Part shown: one piece after another, positions 1-13,237 of the stretch | Position numbering within the stretch: position 1 is the first letter of the stretch | Layout: each line of letters opens with the position of its first letter | Source: the human T2T-CHM13v2.0 reference genome, Homo sapiens | Reading direction: 5' to 3' (one strand) | DNA length: 64,000 nucleotides | Assembly (NCBI RefSeq): GCF_009914755.1 | Contig: NC_060938.1 | Notes under the pieces: model-generated | Told to the model about the DNA's origin: nothing | Database searches by the model: none | What the model saw: the letters and a program-made list of their open reading frames with translations, nothing else | Position numbers and translations under genes: made by a program

Positions 1-388
1 CCTTAGAACTTGGACATAGCCTTTCACCTTCAGTCATGGTCTTTTTGCAGGGTTTCAATGGACAGCCTGAAATGTTTATTAAGCTCCTCTAACTTGGCAG
101 GACTCAAACCCCAAACTTGGTCTCCCCCAACAGTGGGCAGTTGCTGAAATCTGTGCACTGTTCTTTTAGCCTTCCAATTATTGTTTCCCCCTTGGGCTCC
201 TTGAAATCTTGTTCATGCATGTGCAATTCACTAATCAGCCTGTGATTTTGGGGTGTATATATGGGGGTTTTAGGGCTGCCCCTCTTGGCTACCGCCATTG
301 TGGGATGTCTGCCTTCCCTCAGTTTCCAATTGCTCTAGCAGTTCAGAACCCCATCCTCTGACTCCTCAGGGTAATAAAACTGTGGTTT

Positions 389-393
<5 letters not shown>

Positions 394-426
<33 letters not shown>

Positions 427-703
427 AGATGGAGCCTCACCCTATTGCCCAGGCTGGAGTGCAATGGCGCAATCTCAGCTCACTGCAACCTCTGCCTCCT
501 GGTTCAAGCTATTCTCTTGCTTGGCCTCCCGAGTAGCTGGGATTACAGGCTCGCACCACCATGCTCGGCTAATTTTTTGTGTCTTTAGTAGAGACAGGGT
601 TTCACCCTGTTGGCCAGGCTGGTCTCGAATTCCTGGCCTCATGATCCGCCCTCCTCAGCCTCCCAAAGTGCTGGGATTACAGGCGTGAGCCACCGCACCC
701 AGC
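394..703 (-). mobile_element. Alu (AluS-type), full length
   Basis: Poly-T then reverse Alu body; near-perfect TSD tggttttc(c/t)tctt. Confidence 0.95.
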
Positions 704-777
704 TGGTTTTCTTCTTGAGTTCTAGCCACCCTGTGGCATGCAGAGTGGGAAGTGTCCTCAGTAGAAAAGTCAAATAA

Positions 778-1256
<479 letters not shown>

Positions 1257-1388
1257 TTAGGGTAGCTCATCCGTCCTCATGAATGATCCACTCCCATCTC
1301 CAGCAGGCAACTAGATGTTAATAATTCCTAAGTTTTCATCTCCACCCCCTGATATCCACGTAGATTTGAACATAAAGATCCAAACATA

Positions 1389-1513
1389 AGCTGGGCGCGG
1401 TGGCTGACACCTGTCATCTCAGTTATTTGGGAGGCAGAGGCAGGAGGATCACTTGAGCCTAGGAGTTCGAGACCAGCCTGGGCAATAGAACAAGATTCCA
1501 TCTCTTCAAAAAA
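1389..1513 (+). mobile_element. Alu monomer (FLAM-like)
   Basis: Single left-arm Alu sequence ending in a short A tract. Confidence 0.85.
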
Positions 1514-2739
1514 TTCTAACATAAAGATAGAGAAAAGGGCCTTGAACACTTAGAAATTGGAGCCAAAGAAGAAATGTTAGCATAAGGAGTTTTCGTAGAG
1601 AAAAACAGAAATCAGGACAAAGCAGTGTTATAGAAGCCAAGAGAAAAAAGTACTTGAAGAAGAAGAGAATGGTCAATTGTGCTGAATGTTGAAAGAGCCC
1701 TGGTGAGATAAAAACTGAACAATGGTAATTGTAATTAGTACCACGTGGTCATGGGTGGCCTTATCAAGGATGCTTTTGGTGGTGTGAAGGAGGTAGATGC
1801 TGCGTTAGAGACGGTTAACGTATGGCTGGAGATGAGGAAGTGAAGACAGAGATCCATCCAAAGAGAGAGGCTGGAGCTAAGCAGGTGCCATCCCTGGAGA
1901 GTCAAGAGATGAGGGTAGCAATTTCTCAAATGCACTGAGCTTCTTTCATACTTCCATGCCTTTGCATATGCCCTTCTCCCTGCCAAGAATGCCCTTCCCA
2001 TCCCTATTTGCTTGAGTCATATCTACTCCTTTTTGAGAACCTCACTCAAGGGTCCAGCCTTACCCACCAGCCCCTTCCCTGCACTAGGTTGGCTATTTCT
2101 CCTCTTTGCTCATTCATTTCCTCCCTCTCACCACTGTCATAACTACTGGTGATTGAATAACATTCTTTCTTTCCCACTGAGTTTGGAAATAAATGGAAGT
2201 ATAGGCATAGAACCACACAGATGATATCAAAATGCTAGCCTTATTATAGGTAAAGCTTGATTGGAGAATATGGGTTGACCTGTGGCCAATTGAGCTTCAT
2301 TAGACTTTGGCTCCAGATCTAAATTTTGGGGCAACTCTGCTGAGGCCAGCCATTCACAGCCAAATGCAAGGAGTCCCTGCCCCACACCTATGAGCCTCCA
2401 GAGAGAGATTTGTCCTTCCCGATCTAGTTAGGAAGGCAGGTCTTGGGCCTAACCCAAGCTTTCTTACACCTTGGATGCAGGGGCAGGCAAGCAGATAAAG
2501 AGAGACAGTGAGAGAGTGGGTGGGTCAGGGGAACTCAGCCTCACGTTGGATGCTTTCTCCGTCTTACTGATCTGGCAAGTCACTTCTCTTTACTCAGGAG
2601 GAGTGAGTGGGAGAGAGGCTACAATTTCTTTCCAAGAGTACATCCCCTGGGGTGTGGAATCGAACTTTCCTCATGAAAACTGGCCGGTGGGTGCAGAAAT
2701 TCCACCTCATAATGCCATCGCCCCCTTGTCCTATCACCA

Positions 2740-2885
2740 TAAGTTTGTGTCCATCTGCCCCCTTAGAGTGTGGACACTTGAGGACAGCAATCTTTTCTTG
2801 TTCATTCCTATCCTGAGAGCCTATTGCAGTGCTTGGGACACACTAGGTGCTCAGTCTTTATTTGTTGAATGGTAAATGAATAAAC
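2740..2885 (+). mobile_element. L2 3' end
   Basis: Ends with the typical taggtgctcag...tttgttgaatg...aatgaa. Confidence 0.7.
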
Positions 2886-3403
2886 ATCAGGTTAAACCAA
2901 CGGAGTTGTCCAAAGGCCCTACAATATGTCCTGACTCCTCTTAAAGCTGTCTAACAGATTTGCAAAACACCTGAGGCTTATCTCTGTGTTAAGCTGAGAC
3001 CAATGACAGTGAGGGGAAAGAATGATCAAGTTCACAAATTATCCTTTGGTTTATATTTTAATTCCCAAAGATAAAGGGTACTTCAGTTAGATCATGCTTT
3101 CTGTCTCTTTTGCAGGTGTTAGCTTATGAAAACATTGGCTGAGCTCAGCTCCCTGGTGTGAAATGCAAGTCCTGGGAAATTGAAACATACTTGTGTGTGG
3201 TAGCCTGGTTTCTTTTATTAATGGCCACTAATGGTCAGCAATCAAGCCACACCTGTGAGGGACAAACAACAATTGGCTTGTTTGCTTGAAGGGAGTATAA
3301 TTTATGAACTTGCTGATTGTTTATTCTCTCTCTTGAAGTATTAGCTAGAGACATTTGTGCAGAAAAAGAGAGAGAGGAAAATGCCCACTTATCTAATTTA
3401 ATA

Positions 3404-3626
3404 GGCAGTATAGAGTTATCATGGCTTTGGAGTCAGATAGCCTCGGCTATAAAACCCCACTGTCACTAACTAGCCATAATTACAGCTAAAGATCCTATTT
3501 CTCATCTGTTAGGTTGTGGTAATCATACCTGTCTTTCAGAGTTGATAGTGGAGGTTAAACAACTCAGCATTGTCCGCAGGCCTCCCATAATAGGAGTGCA
3601 ACACAATTCCTTTATTATTATTATTA
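3404..3626 (+). mobile_element. MIR
   Basis: ggctttggagtcaga ... tttctcatctgt core. Confidence 0.7.
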
Positions 3627-3792
3627 TTTTCTTATTAGGAATTCAATGTGGAATTTTTTTCTTTATTTATTATTTAATATTTTTTTCTTTTTAGGAATTC
3701 AATGTTGGACATCGTTTCATTCCTGTGCCATTCTGCTATGTTCCTAGGAGTTCTATCAATCTATTTAACATTTAAAAGTAGTTGCATCAACA

Positions 3793-3816
3793 TCTCTCTC
3801 TCTCTCTCTCTCTCTC
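3793..3816. repeat. (TC)12 microsatellite
   Basis: Direct reading. Confidence 0.95.
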
Positions 3817-4045
3817 AATTCATGCTTTGGCCTCTTAGAAGTTTCCCTCTAATCTGAGTGACAGAAGAAGAAAGGACTCCTGATGGGGCTCACACATAGG
3901 TGGCTGCAAGATGCTGGTGCAAGATAGAGATGGAGCACTGAGCCCGGAGCCACAGCCCAGACCTCAGGAGTGGCAGGGGGAGCCAGGCTCTGAGGTGTGG
4001 GGATTGGCCCAGATCAGAGCCGTGCAGCTCTGCAGCTCTAAGGTC

Positions 4046-4433
4046 AAGTGTTAGTCCACTAGGGCAGTCATAACAAAATACCAGACAGTGAGTGACTTGA
4101 ACAAGAGAAGCTTATTTTCTCACAGTTTACTTCTGTTCTCACAGTCCAAGATCAAGGTGTTAGTAGAGTTGGTTTCTCCTGAGGCCTCTCACAGCGTGTA
4201 GATGGCCGTCTTCTCCTTGTGTCTTCAGAGTCTTCCCTCTGCATGTCTCTGGGTCTAAATTTCCTGTTTGTATAAGGACACCAGTGAGATTGGATGAAGG
4301 CCCACCCCAATGACCTCATTTTTAAGTGATCACGTCTTTATAGGCCCTGTCTCCAAATGCAGTCACATTCTGACGTTTTAGGGGTTAGGACTGCAGCACA
4401 GGAATGAGAGGGGATGGAGTTTAGCCTGTAACA
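4046..4433 (-). mobile_element. MLT1A/B-like MaLR solo LTR
   Basis: ataacaaaatacca...tccaagatcaaggtg...tataaggacaccagt...cctgtaaca. Confidence 0.85.
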
Positions 4434-5194
4434 CCACAGAACCAGTGCCTGAGGGAGAGAGTCCAGGATACAGGTGAGACCTGATGCTCTGAGACCCAAC
4501 AAATGCATCCCATGTGAGATTCTGTCTCCTCCACTGTCTGGGATTTGGTCTTGGGGCAAGCTACAGAGAGGGTCCTTCTCAAAGACACCTTGGCAATGAC
4601 ACTCTTTCTCCCTTCCTTCTTCTCTCTGTTCCTCATTCTAGGAAACATATCCACTGTTACACTGGAAAAAGGTCTTCTGAAACTTCTTCTATGCTCTGGC
4701 CTTTCCTCCAAGGCCTTGACATTTGATACTCCAAAGCATACATTTCCGAAACTCTGAAAATCTTCTCTGAAATACATTGCTTCTACCATGAGTTTCAAGA
4801 TTGTATTTTAAAATTTGGAAGCCAAGAATTGCCATCATCTTTGTTCCCTTTCTTGTGGCATTCTTTGAGGCATGGGGCTGGAAATCCCTTGTTGCCTGAA
4901 CTAGGAGGAAACCAACCACGAGGCCAGAGAAATTGGTCAGGGAGCAGGGAGGGGACACGGTAATTCATATAAACAGAGTATAGCCTCTGAACTCTGTCTT
5001 CTCGAAAACCCTGGCTCACTAAGATTTCTGTGACACCTCAACTGCTGGGACAGCTACTAGTGTGCCAGTCACTTGACATTTATCTTGATAATCGGATTAC
5101 AGATTTCTGAGGATCAGGGACATATACCCATCTTTGCTGTGCAATCCCGTATTCCCTTTGACATAAAGGAAGTACGTAATCATTGATATCATAC

Positions 5195-5425
5195 AGCTGC
5201 ATTCAAATCCTGACTTTGCCTCTTTTTAGCTATTTGCTTAGGCAACTTTAAGCAAGTTGCCTAAGTTCTCCAAGGCTTAATTTCCTCACCTGTCAAATGT
5301 GCTAATAATGATACCTACCTCTGGGAAGAGCTGCTGGGAAGACCGAATGAGATACAAGATGTAAAGTACTTGGGACCATGCTTGGCACATGTAACTGCCA
5401 AAAGATGTTAGTCATTATTATTTAA
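5195..5425 (+). mobile_element. MIR
   Basis: ttcaaatcctgactttgcc...tttcctcacctgtcaaatg...cttggcacat. Confidence 0.8.
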
Positions 5426-5939
5426 AATATTTGTAGATAGATTAATTGATAGGGTGTGGGTTTAGCTACAGCACGGTGGTGGCAATGGTGATGACGTGGG
5501 GAAAAAAGGAAAAACGCATTTTCCGTGCAGTAACTATATTTGGCAACAAGTCTTTCCAATTCTCTGTAATAAAAGGATTTTGTTTTGCTCAGAGCCCCCT
5601 TTGAGTCTCATAATAATGCTTATATATAGTGCCTTTTGTCCCAGAATCTTGGAGCAGCCCTGAAATCAAAACACGACAAGAGTTGGATGGTTGCAAAAAT
5701 AAAAGCAACGATTTGCTTTTGTTTTTGACACAACTCTCCTTCCTTTCCCAGTTTGCAAGCTGGCGACTGGATATGAACATGTATGTATATTTGACTTGAG
5801 TCTATGTCTAGCCACGGACAATAAATGATAACAGCTGCTTGCAGCTTGGCTCTGGGACGTGGAGTGATGTGAGAGGCAGATCTCATGATGTTCAGAAGGA
5901 GAGCAATAAGAGAAGGATGAGCAGAAGGAGTAGGGAAAG

Positions 5940-6140
5940 CCTTTACTGAGTGCCTACTAGGGCCAAGAATTGTATAGAGGCTATCTCATTTAATCCCAAC
6001 AGCCACTGTCATTTATAGATGAGAAGGAGACTCAGCAAGATTAATAATTTATACAAGGTCACACAGCAATTAAGTGGTAGAGGAAGGTTTCAGATTCAGG
6101 CCTCTCTCAATCACAAAACCCATGTCCTATTGCATTAACA
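5940..6140 (-). mobile_element. MIR
   Basis: tttactgagtgcctacta...atttatagatgagaag...aaggtcacacagc. Confidence 0.75.
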
Positions 6141-6758
6141 CATTGCTTCTCTCTTTCTCTAACAGTATTTGTCTTCACTTTCAAAGAGCGTAAAGTGAAA
6201 GAAAGGAGGAAGTCCACACCCTTGGGTTTGGGGGCATCGGATCCAGTGTGCAATGTGAGAAGTAAAATGAAGAGGAGAAATGATCTAGAGAGACTTTCTG
6301 ATGAAGCAAACACCAGATATCCTAGAATTTCAGCAAATCTAAGACTCCATCAAGTGTTAGATGCCCCATTATTTTATGTATTATTAATAAAGAAAAAAAC
6401 ACTGCCAATTATAATTGGCATTGATTGAAAGATACATCCAGATTTCAGAGGTATTCAAGTAGGAAAAGCATGCATCTTATAATTGATGATAGATCGCATT
6501 TATTGGTATCTCTTTTCTCTTCTGTATTAGTCAATATTTAACACGGGACACAGTTAACTGTGTCCTGTTAACCTGTTAACCTGCTAGGTGTTTAAAGCAC
6601 AAAGGGATTTAGTATAGGGATTAAAAAGCACTAGCTCAAGCATTGCAGAACTGCCTTGTCAGGGGAGCCACCAGCTCTGCAACAATCTAAAGGGGAAGAA
6701 TGAGGAGGCTGCCACTGGGGCTAGAGAGTTTGAGAACTCTGCAAGAGTGTTAGCCAAC

Positions 6759-7424
6759 TGTACAGTTGGAGAGAACATAGCCCGTAAGACTTCCCTCACT
6801 TCTGAAATTAATTGCAAAATCTGAGGGGCTCCCTAAACCTTTTTCAATTTGGATAATTTGCTAGAAAGATTCCTAGAACTCATTAAAAGCTGTAATACTC
6901 ATGGGTATGGCTTATTACAGGGAAAGGTTACACGTTAAAATCAGCCAAGAGAAGAAGCAGAGGCTAGAGAGGGTTCCAAATTCACAGTTGCGTGGTCTTC
7001 TTTTCATGGAGTTAGGATGGTGTTTCTTCCCAGTATCACTTTGTGAAAATACACATGGAGTGCTGTGGACCAGGGGGCACATCCAAGCCTTGGTGTCCAG
7101 AGTTTTTACTAGGACTCTTGTCACGAAGGTATGGTTGTCCATATGGCTGATCTCAGTCTCTGGTCCCTATGGACCACACTGATACAGTGTGACCCAAAGC
7201 ACTCACCCTAAATTGCATTGCTGGTGTTTCTGGCATGAGCAACCAGCATCCTAAGACCATCTGATATGACCAGCCCCCACCCTACATTATATTTAGACTA
7301 TCTGGTGACCCAAGGCCCCCAGGCAAACAAAGACACTTCTATCGAGCATGATATTCCAAGGGCTTCCAATTGCGGAGAATGAAGGCCAGACCTCTCTTTG
7401 GGCAAGTTCCATATCTTTACTACA
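6759..7424 (-). mobile_element. MER21-like LTR, apparently nested in an older LTR (~6520-7757)
   Basis: ccctcacttctga...gataatttgctagaa...aaaatcagccaag...aaggccagacctctctttgggcaag...ctttactaca. Confidence 0.75.
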
Positions 7425-7974
7425 TAAACTCACAACTATATCAGGAAGCTGATACTGTTACCAACCCAACAGATGAGTGTCTTCTGACAGTCATGACATT
7501 AGGGACAAGGCAGTGGAACACAGCTGTGGAAAAATCCCAAGACAACACCATGACCATGTTGCCACCTCACCCTGCCCTCCAAATCTTCTTTGAGGACTTT
7601 AACTGGTGGAACTTTTTGCATCCAGAGCCCTAAGTACTAGGGTTTCTGGGAAGCGCAATTTTTAGTTTTGCAGCCTGTGCAGTAGGAAGGTACAGAGGAA
7701 GGCAGTAGAAATGGATGCTGAGTGTTGACAGATCATATCGAGCACACCTCCCAACAGGAAGGCAGAAAGCAACCCACCTGCAGGCAGCTTACAACATCCT
7801 CAGCTCAGAGAATTTCACCAGGGCACTGGGAAACAATTCAGTCATTGTGGGAGGCCCACACATTAAATTTCCCTCTGTTATTAATCCCTCAGGATTTCAG
7901 GAAGATAAAATAGCCGTGGCATTTTGAAAACCAGCTCAGAAGATATAAGCATATGAAATGGTGAGTGTTTGGTG

Positions 7975-8240
7975 AACCGCACGGTAGAGTGGTTAAGCAT
8001 TTGGTCTTCTGAGTCAGTCGAAACTTTGGCTTAAGGCCCAACTGCATCATTTACTAGCTGTGTGACCTTCAGCAAGTGACTTACCTTATCTGAGCTCCAA
8101 TATCCTTATCTCTATACTGGGGGTAAAGTTACCAACCTCCTAAAATATTGTGAAGATTTCTGGAAATGGTGTTTATAAAGTATTGGTGCGGTTCTTGGCA
8201 AATGCTTCAAACTCAATAAATGGAAGCTGCCATCGTCAGT
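7975..8240 (+). mobile_element. MIR followed by degenerate (CAT)n
   Basis: tagagtggttaagc...actagctgtgtgacctt. Confidence 0.75.
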
Positions 8241-8831
8241 GTCATCATCATCATCGTTACCATCATCACCACCACTGATGTCATTATCAGGAGGAAGAAA
8301 AGAAGAAGGAAACATTTTCTAGGCTTTTAAAACTTGTTTCATCCACTTCTGACCTCAGAATAATTACAATAATCTATTACTGTGTCGTAATATCTGAAAG
8401 AACCTATCTCTACCATTGTGGGAGGAACCATATTAGTTCAGCAGAGTAACTGGGTTCACGCTGCCTTCTCTACCTTCTCAGGCTTCTCTGTGAGGCTTGG
8501 TAGAACGATTTACTCTTCTTCCTGCATTCTTACTGTGTGGAGTCTGTGTGCCTCCAGTTAGCCCTCGCCTCATTACCCTTTCCTGTGTCAACAGCTGTGA
8601 TTGATATCGGGATGGATTCGAAGTGAGGCAGCTAGCAGCGTGACCTTGAGCAAATCAGTTCATTTCACTGGGGCTTTGTCTCTTCATCTGGACACTGGGG
8701 TCGTATCACCCACCTCACAAGGTTACATGAGATGGTTTTCCCAGCATGTAATAGGTTCTCATAAAGATCATAGTTACTAGAATTAGTGGACGTGTCTGGT
8801 TTTCCCACTGTATTGTAAACGTGTTAAGGAC

Positions 8832-9142
8832 TGTATTAGTCTGCGCTCATGCTGCTAATAAAGTCATACCTGAGACTGGGTAATTGATAAAGGAAGGAGG
8901 TTTAATTGACTCACAGTTCAGAATGGCTTCGGAGGCCTCAGGAAACTTACAGTCATGGCAGAAGGGGAAGCAAACACGTCCTTCACAGAGCGGCATCAAG
9001 GAGAAGTATGAGTGAGGTGGGGGAAAGCCCCTTATAAAACGATCAGATCTCAGGAGAACTCACTCCTACCCATAACACGTGGGGATTATGGGAACTATAA
9101 TTCAAGATGAGATTTGGGTGGGGATGCAGCCAATCCATATCA
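8832..9142 (-). mobile_element. THE1 (THE1C-like) solo LTR with ~50-bp internal deletion
   Basis: tgtattagtc...catacctgagactgggtaatt...caagatgagatttgggtgggga...ccatatca. Confidence 0.9.
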
Positions 9143-10267
9143 GACACTCTGCCTGACACATGGTAGATCCTCAAAAGTCCTTGCTAAAAGGGAAATAAGG
9201 GTTCTGGGCACTTGGGATGAGATAAAGCATCAAGAGCAGGTGGGGGAGTACAAACCAGGGTCAGGGTACTCAGAAGACCCTGATCACATTCTGCCCCTCA
9301 CTCCTCTCTCCTTTCCTTTCTCCCAGGAAGTAATATTGTCTTGGGCTTTTCTTAGGCCACTTACACTGAGTAAGGACACCCTAGTGACTTTGTTCTGGAT
9401 AGATCAAAGCCCTTCTCAAACATTACCTCATCTGCCTCCCATCAGCCTGGGGTGGCAGAGAGCCGGTTGGCCCAGAATGATTGCTCCCATTCTACAGATG
9501 AAAACAACAAGGACAAGGATGCATAAACTGACTCACGGGTTGAATCAGTGCCTCCTGGGCAGCCCGCCAGGACGATGTTGCTTCCTAATGACTATGGCGT
9601 TTGTTTGAAGTTTATAGATTGGGTTTCTGCCACGGTGGAGCCAACACCAACCTCCTCACACTTTCCCAAAGTGCCTGGATTATTTTTATTTTTCTATACC
9701 TTTGTGTTAGGGCTCCCAGAGATGAAAAAAAAAAGGAACTCTGGGGTCTCACTATGCAGCAAATCAATACAGATCCCATGTATAAATTTTTAGTTGGTTT
9801 GCCTTTACTGGGAAGCTAGAAGATTTTTATTCACTAGGTCACCCTGCTTCATCTATGATGACCCCTTAACCAGGAATCTCAGTACTAGGCTATGATAGCA
9901 TTCTGTACAAGTCTCCACCACTGTGCTAAAATTATTTCTTTGTAAGGACAGTCCTCATGTATTGAGGCTGGGCATAAAGGGGCAGTAAAAAGAACATTTG
10001 GAAGTAGATTCAGGGGACCAAGAATCATTGTCCAAATTCTTTGAGATTTTTTTCCCCTCTAAGAATTGGGGAAACAATATGTGTGAAAAATCACAGTGCC
10101 TGACAAATAGTAGGGCCTCCTTAAGCATTAAACCAGGGTCCCTGGAATTTGGCTCAATCCCTGGCTCACAGTAAGTGCTCTGTAAACATTTGTTTGGACC
10201 GTATAGATATTTTGAATATATGGCAGGATTACTTTTATGAACCTTTCCTGCCTAGTACAATTCTTAA

Positions 10268-10578
<311 letters not shown>

Positions 10579-11237
10579 CAATTCTTAATTTCTAAAGCCC
10601 ACCAACAGCAAGTCCTCGCTGGTCAATCTTATGTATGACCCTGATCTTGACACCAAGCTATCAACTCATAAAAACGTGCCAAGGGTCTGCTAGCTTTGAG
10701 AGTTGTATCCCCATCTATAGCATTTCAGACATGTTGTCTCTGTGACAGCAGCTTGGACTGGTGACCTGCCATGCTCTGCACTGGGAAGACATCTCAGCAT
10801 GTGTGGATGATGTTGTAGGTGCCGGCAACTGCCTTGGAACAGGGCTGCACGTAAGGAGTGTTTAACAGTGAGCCATCAGATCAAGGGTGCCAGGGCCAAG
10901 AGCTCCAGAATAAATACATTCCATTCTTACCTTACACTGTTGCTGATTTAATTGTGCTTTAAAGTCAGTCAATTGTCAACCCAGTGTGGAAACAGGGATG
11001 TTTCTTCACGTGTCTATTGTGAGGTTAGGGGAACATGGTCACACTATGACAGATAAGTCCTGTTCCAAGTTTTCTTAACATATGTGTGTATTTGTGTGGG
11101 TGTGGGTGTGGGTGTGTGTGTCTTTCTCTCAGTGGATTCTGGCCACAGAGTCTTGCTGGGGGATTCCACACCCATGAGATGTGTGAATCTTGAGACTTTT
11201 TTGCTGACAGATTTTATCGAGTGCTCACCTTGCCCAT

Positions 11238-11717
11238 GCTCTGTTAGGGTCTCAACAGGAAGCAGATGACATAATTCCAAATAGGGTAATTTGAGGAAGG
11301 TTATTTGCAATGAGACTATTTACAACGGTGTTGGGGGTAGGAACCACGAGGGAGGATGCAGTAACTTGTGGGTCAGCAGCAGCCGTGATGTCATCACTTC
11401 CAGACCTGAGGCACAAAGGGAAGGGCTACTACCGCAAACTGGAGGGAGGGCCAGGGAGCAGTGACCTTCAGCTGAGGGACCTGCCAACTGGAGGTGACCT
11501 TGCCAGTCAGGATCCAGGGGCTTAACCTACTCTAACCAACCTTTCTTTTTCCTCCAATCTTCTGTGGGGTTCTCCACTGGGCACGCCCCAAAGCCAGGGG
11601 GCACAGGGAGCGCGAAGTAATTTGTAGAGGTCAGCCTCCTGGGGCAGAGGGCAGGCAGGAGAAGTATTTGGAGCAGATGAGGGTATCTGGAGGGGAAAAT
11701 GTAAGACATCAGGCACA
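11238..11717 (-). mobile_element. LTR33-like ERVL LTR
   Basis: agggtctcaacaggaagcagatg...gggtaatttgagga...aggtcagcctcctgggg...atctggagggg...gcaca. Confidence 0.7.
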
Positions 11718-11806
11718 ATATTGCCCTGTCTAATGGACAGAGTGATTCCAGGTTTTGTAGGGACTGAAGCTCACATAATTTTGGGGGATCTACTTTAAGA
11801 AAAATC

Positions 11807-12109
11807 AGCTGGGTGTGGTGGCTCATGCCTGTAATTCTAGCACTTTGGGAGGCTGAGGCGGGGTGGATTGTTTGAGCTCAGGAGTTCAAGACCAGCCTGG
11901 GCAACATGGTCAAACCCTGTCTCTACAAAAAATACAAAAATTAGCCAGAAGTGGTGGCCTGTGCGTGTAATCCCAGCTACTCGGAGGGTTGAGGTGGGAG
12001 GATTGCTTGAGCCCAGGAGGTCGTGGCTGCAGTGAACCGAGATCGCGCCAATGCATTGCAGCCTGGGTGACAAAGTGAGACTATATCTTTAAAAAAAAGA
12101 AAAAGAAAA
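11807..12109 (+). mobile_element. AluJ, inserted in an old DNA-transposon-like fragment (~11740-12216)
   Basis: ttgagctcaggagttcaagacc and ttgagcccaggagg AluJ-type segments; A-rich tail. Confidence 0.9.
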
Positions 12110-12320
12110 GTAAAATCGACAAATAAACCCCCAAAGCTATGTAAACTCATTGAGGGACCTGCGCAAGTGAGGTCCTGAAGCTTACGCTTCATTGGCTTCA
12201 TTGTTAATCTCCCTCTGCCTGTGACTTCAGTGATTTTGACCTAGAACAATGACCCAGTGCCCAATAAGCTCTCAGCCTCATAGGTGATGGAGACTTAGCT
12301 GATTATAATAAACACAATGC

Positions 12321-12749
<429 letters not shown>

Positions 12750-12925
12750 TCAATGAGTGGGCAGAATAATACTAACACTATCTGCTATTTATTGAGCACC
12801 AACTAAGTTTAAAGTACTGCCTATAGATTATTTCATTTAATCCTAACAGAAACAGGAAACTTATTTTACACCCAACTCTCTGCCAATACACTTAATAAAT
12901 CAAGCTACTACGAACAAGGCTGTAA

Positions 12926-13043
12926 ACCACATTTCCTAGAAGACCAGGGAGCAGAAGGACGGGGATCTCCCTTTGCCGCTAAGAGACTCCAACTCCCAGG
13001 ATGCCTTGGGAGCGCTGGACCACAGCTCCCGGCATTCCCGGGG
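12926..13043 (+). promoter_or_regulatory. Three tandem ZNF143/THAP11-type (ACTACAnnTCCCAnnATGC) motifs
   Basis: ACCACA-TT-TCCTA-GA-AGAC (12926), ACTCCA-AC-TCCCA-GG-ATGC (12986), ACCACA-GC-TCCCG-GC-ATTC (13019). Confidence 0.7.
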
Positions 13044-13065
13044 AGGCGCGGGGCTAGCGTAGCCT

Positions 13066-13100
13066 CCGCCCCGCGCCTCGCGTTACCACTCGTCCCGCCC
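13066..13100. promoter_or_regulatory. Two GC boxes (Sp/KLF)
   Basis: CCGCCC at 13066-13071 and 13095-13100. Confidence 0.7.
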
Positions 13101-13116
13101 CTCCTCGTCGCCTCCG

Positions 13117-13126
13117 AGCCAATGGG
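13117..13126 (+). promoter_or_regulatory. CCAAT box (NF-Y)
   Basis: AGCCAATGGG, a good match to the NF-Y consensus at a typical distance upstream of exon 1. Confidence 0.8.
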
Positions 13127-13149
13127 AAGGCTCCATACTGCAGGGTGCG

Positions 13150-13237
13150 AAGGGGCCGGCGCCGCTGCCGAGTTACGAGTCGGCGAAAGCGGCGGGAAGT
13201 TCGTACTGGGCAGAACGCGACGGGTCTGCGGCTTAGG
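13150..13237 (+). other. VRK1: VRK1 exon 1 (non-coding 5'UTR; start approximate)
   Basis: Lies just downstream of CCAAT/GC boxes; ends GCTTAGG|GTAGGG; joined to exon 2 gives ...TAG GTG AAA ATG with an in-frame stop 9 nt before the ATG; matches my recollection of the VRK1 mRNA 5' end. Confidence 0.85.
13191..13200. promoter_or_regulatory. E2F-type site overlapping an ETS-like GGAAGT core
   Basis: GGCGGGAAGT (reverse complement contains TTCCCGCC) within exon 1. Confidence 0.65.

Noticed and set aside
9114-9608. 164-aa ORF
   Set aside because: Starts at TTG inside a THE1 LTR; no recognisable homology or splice structure.
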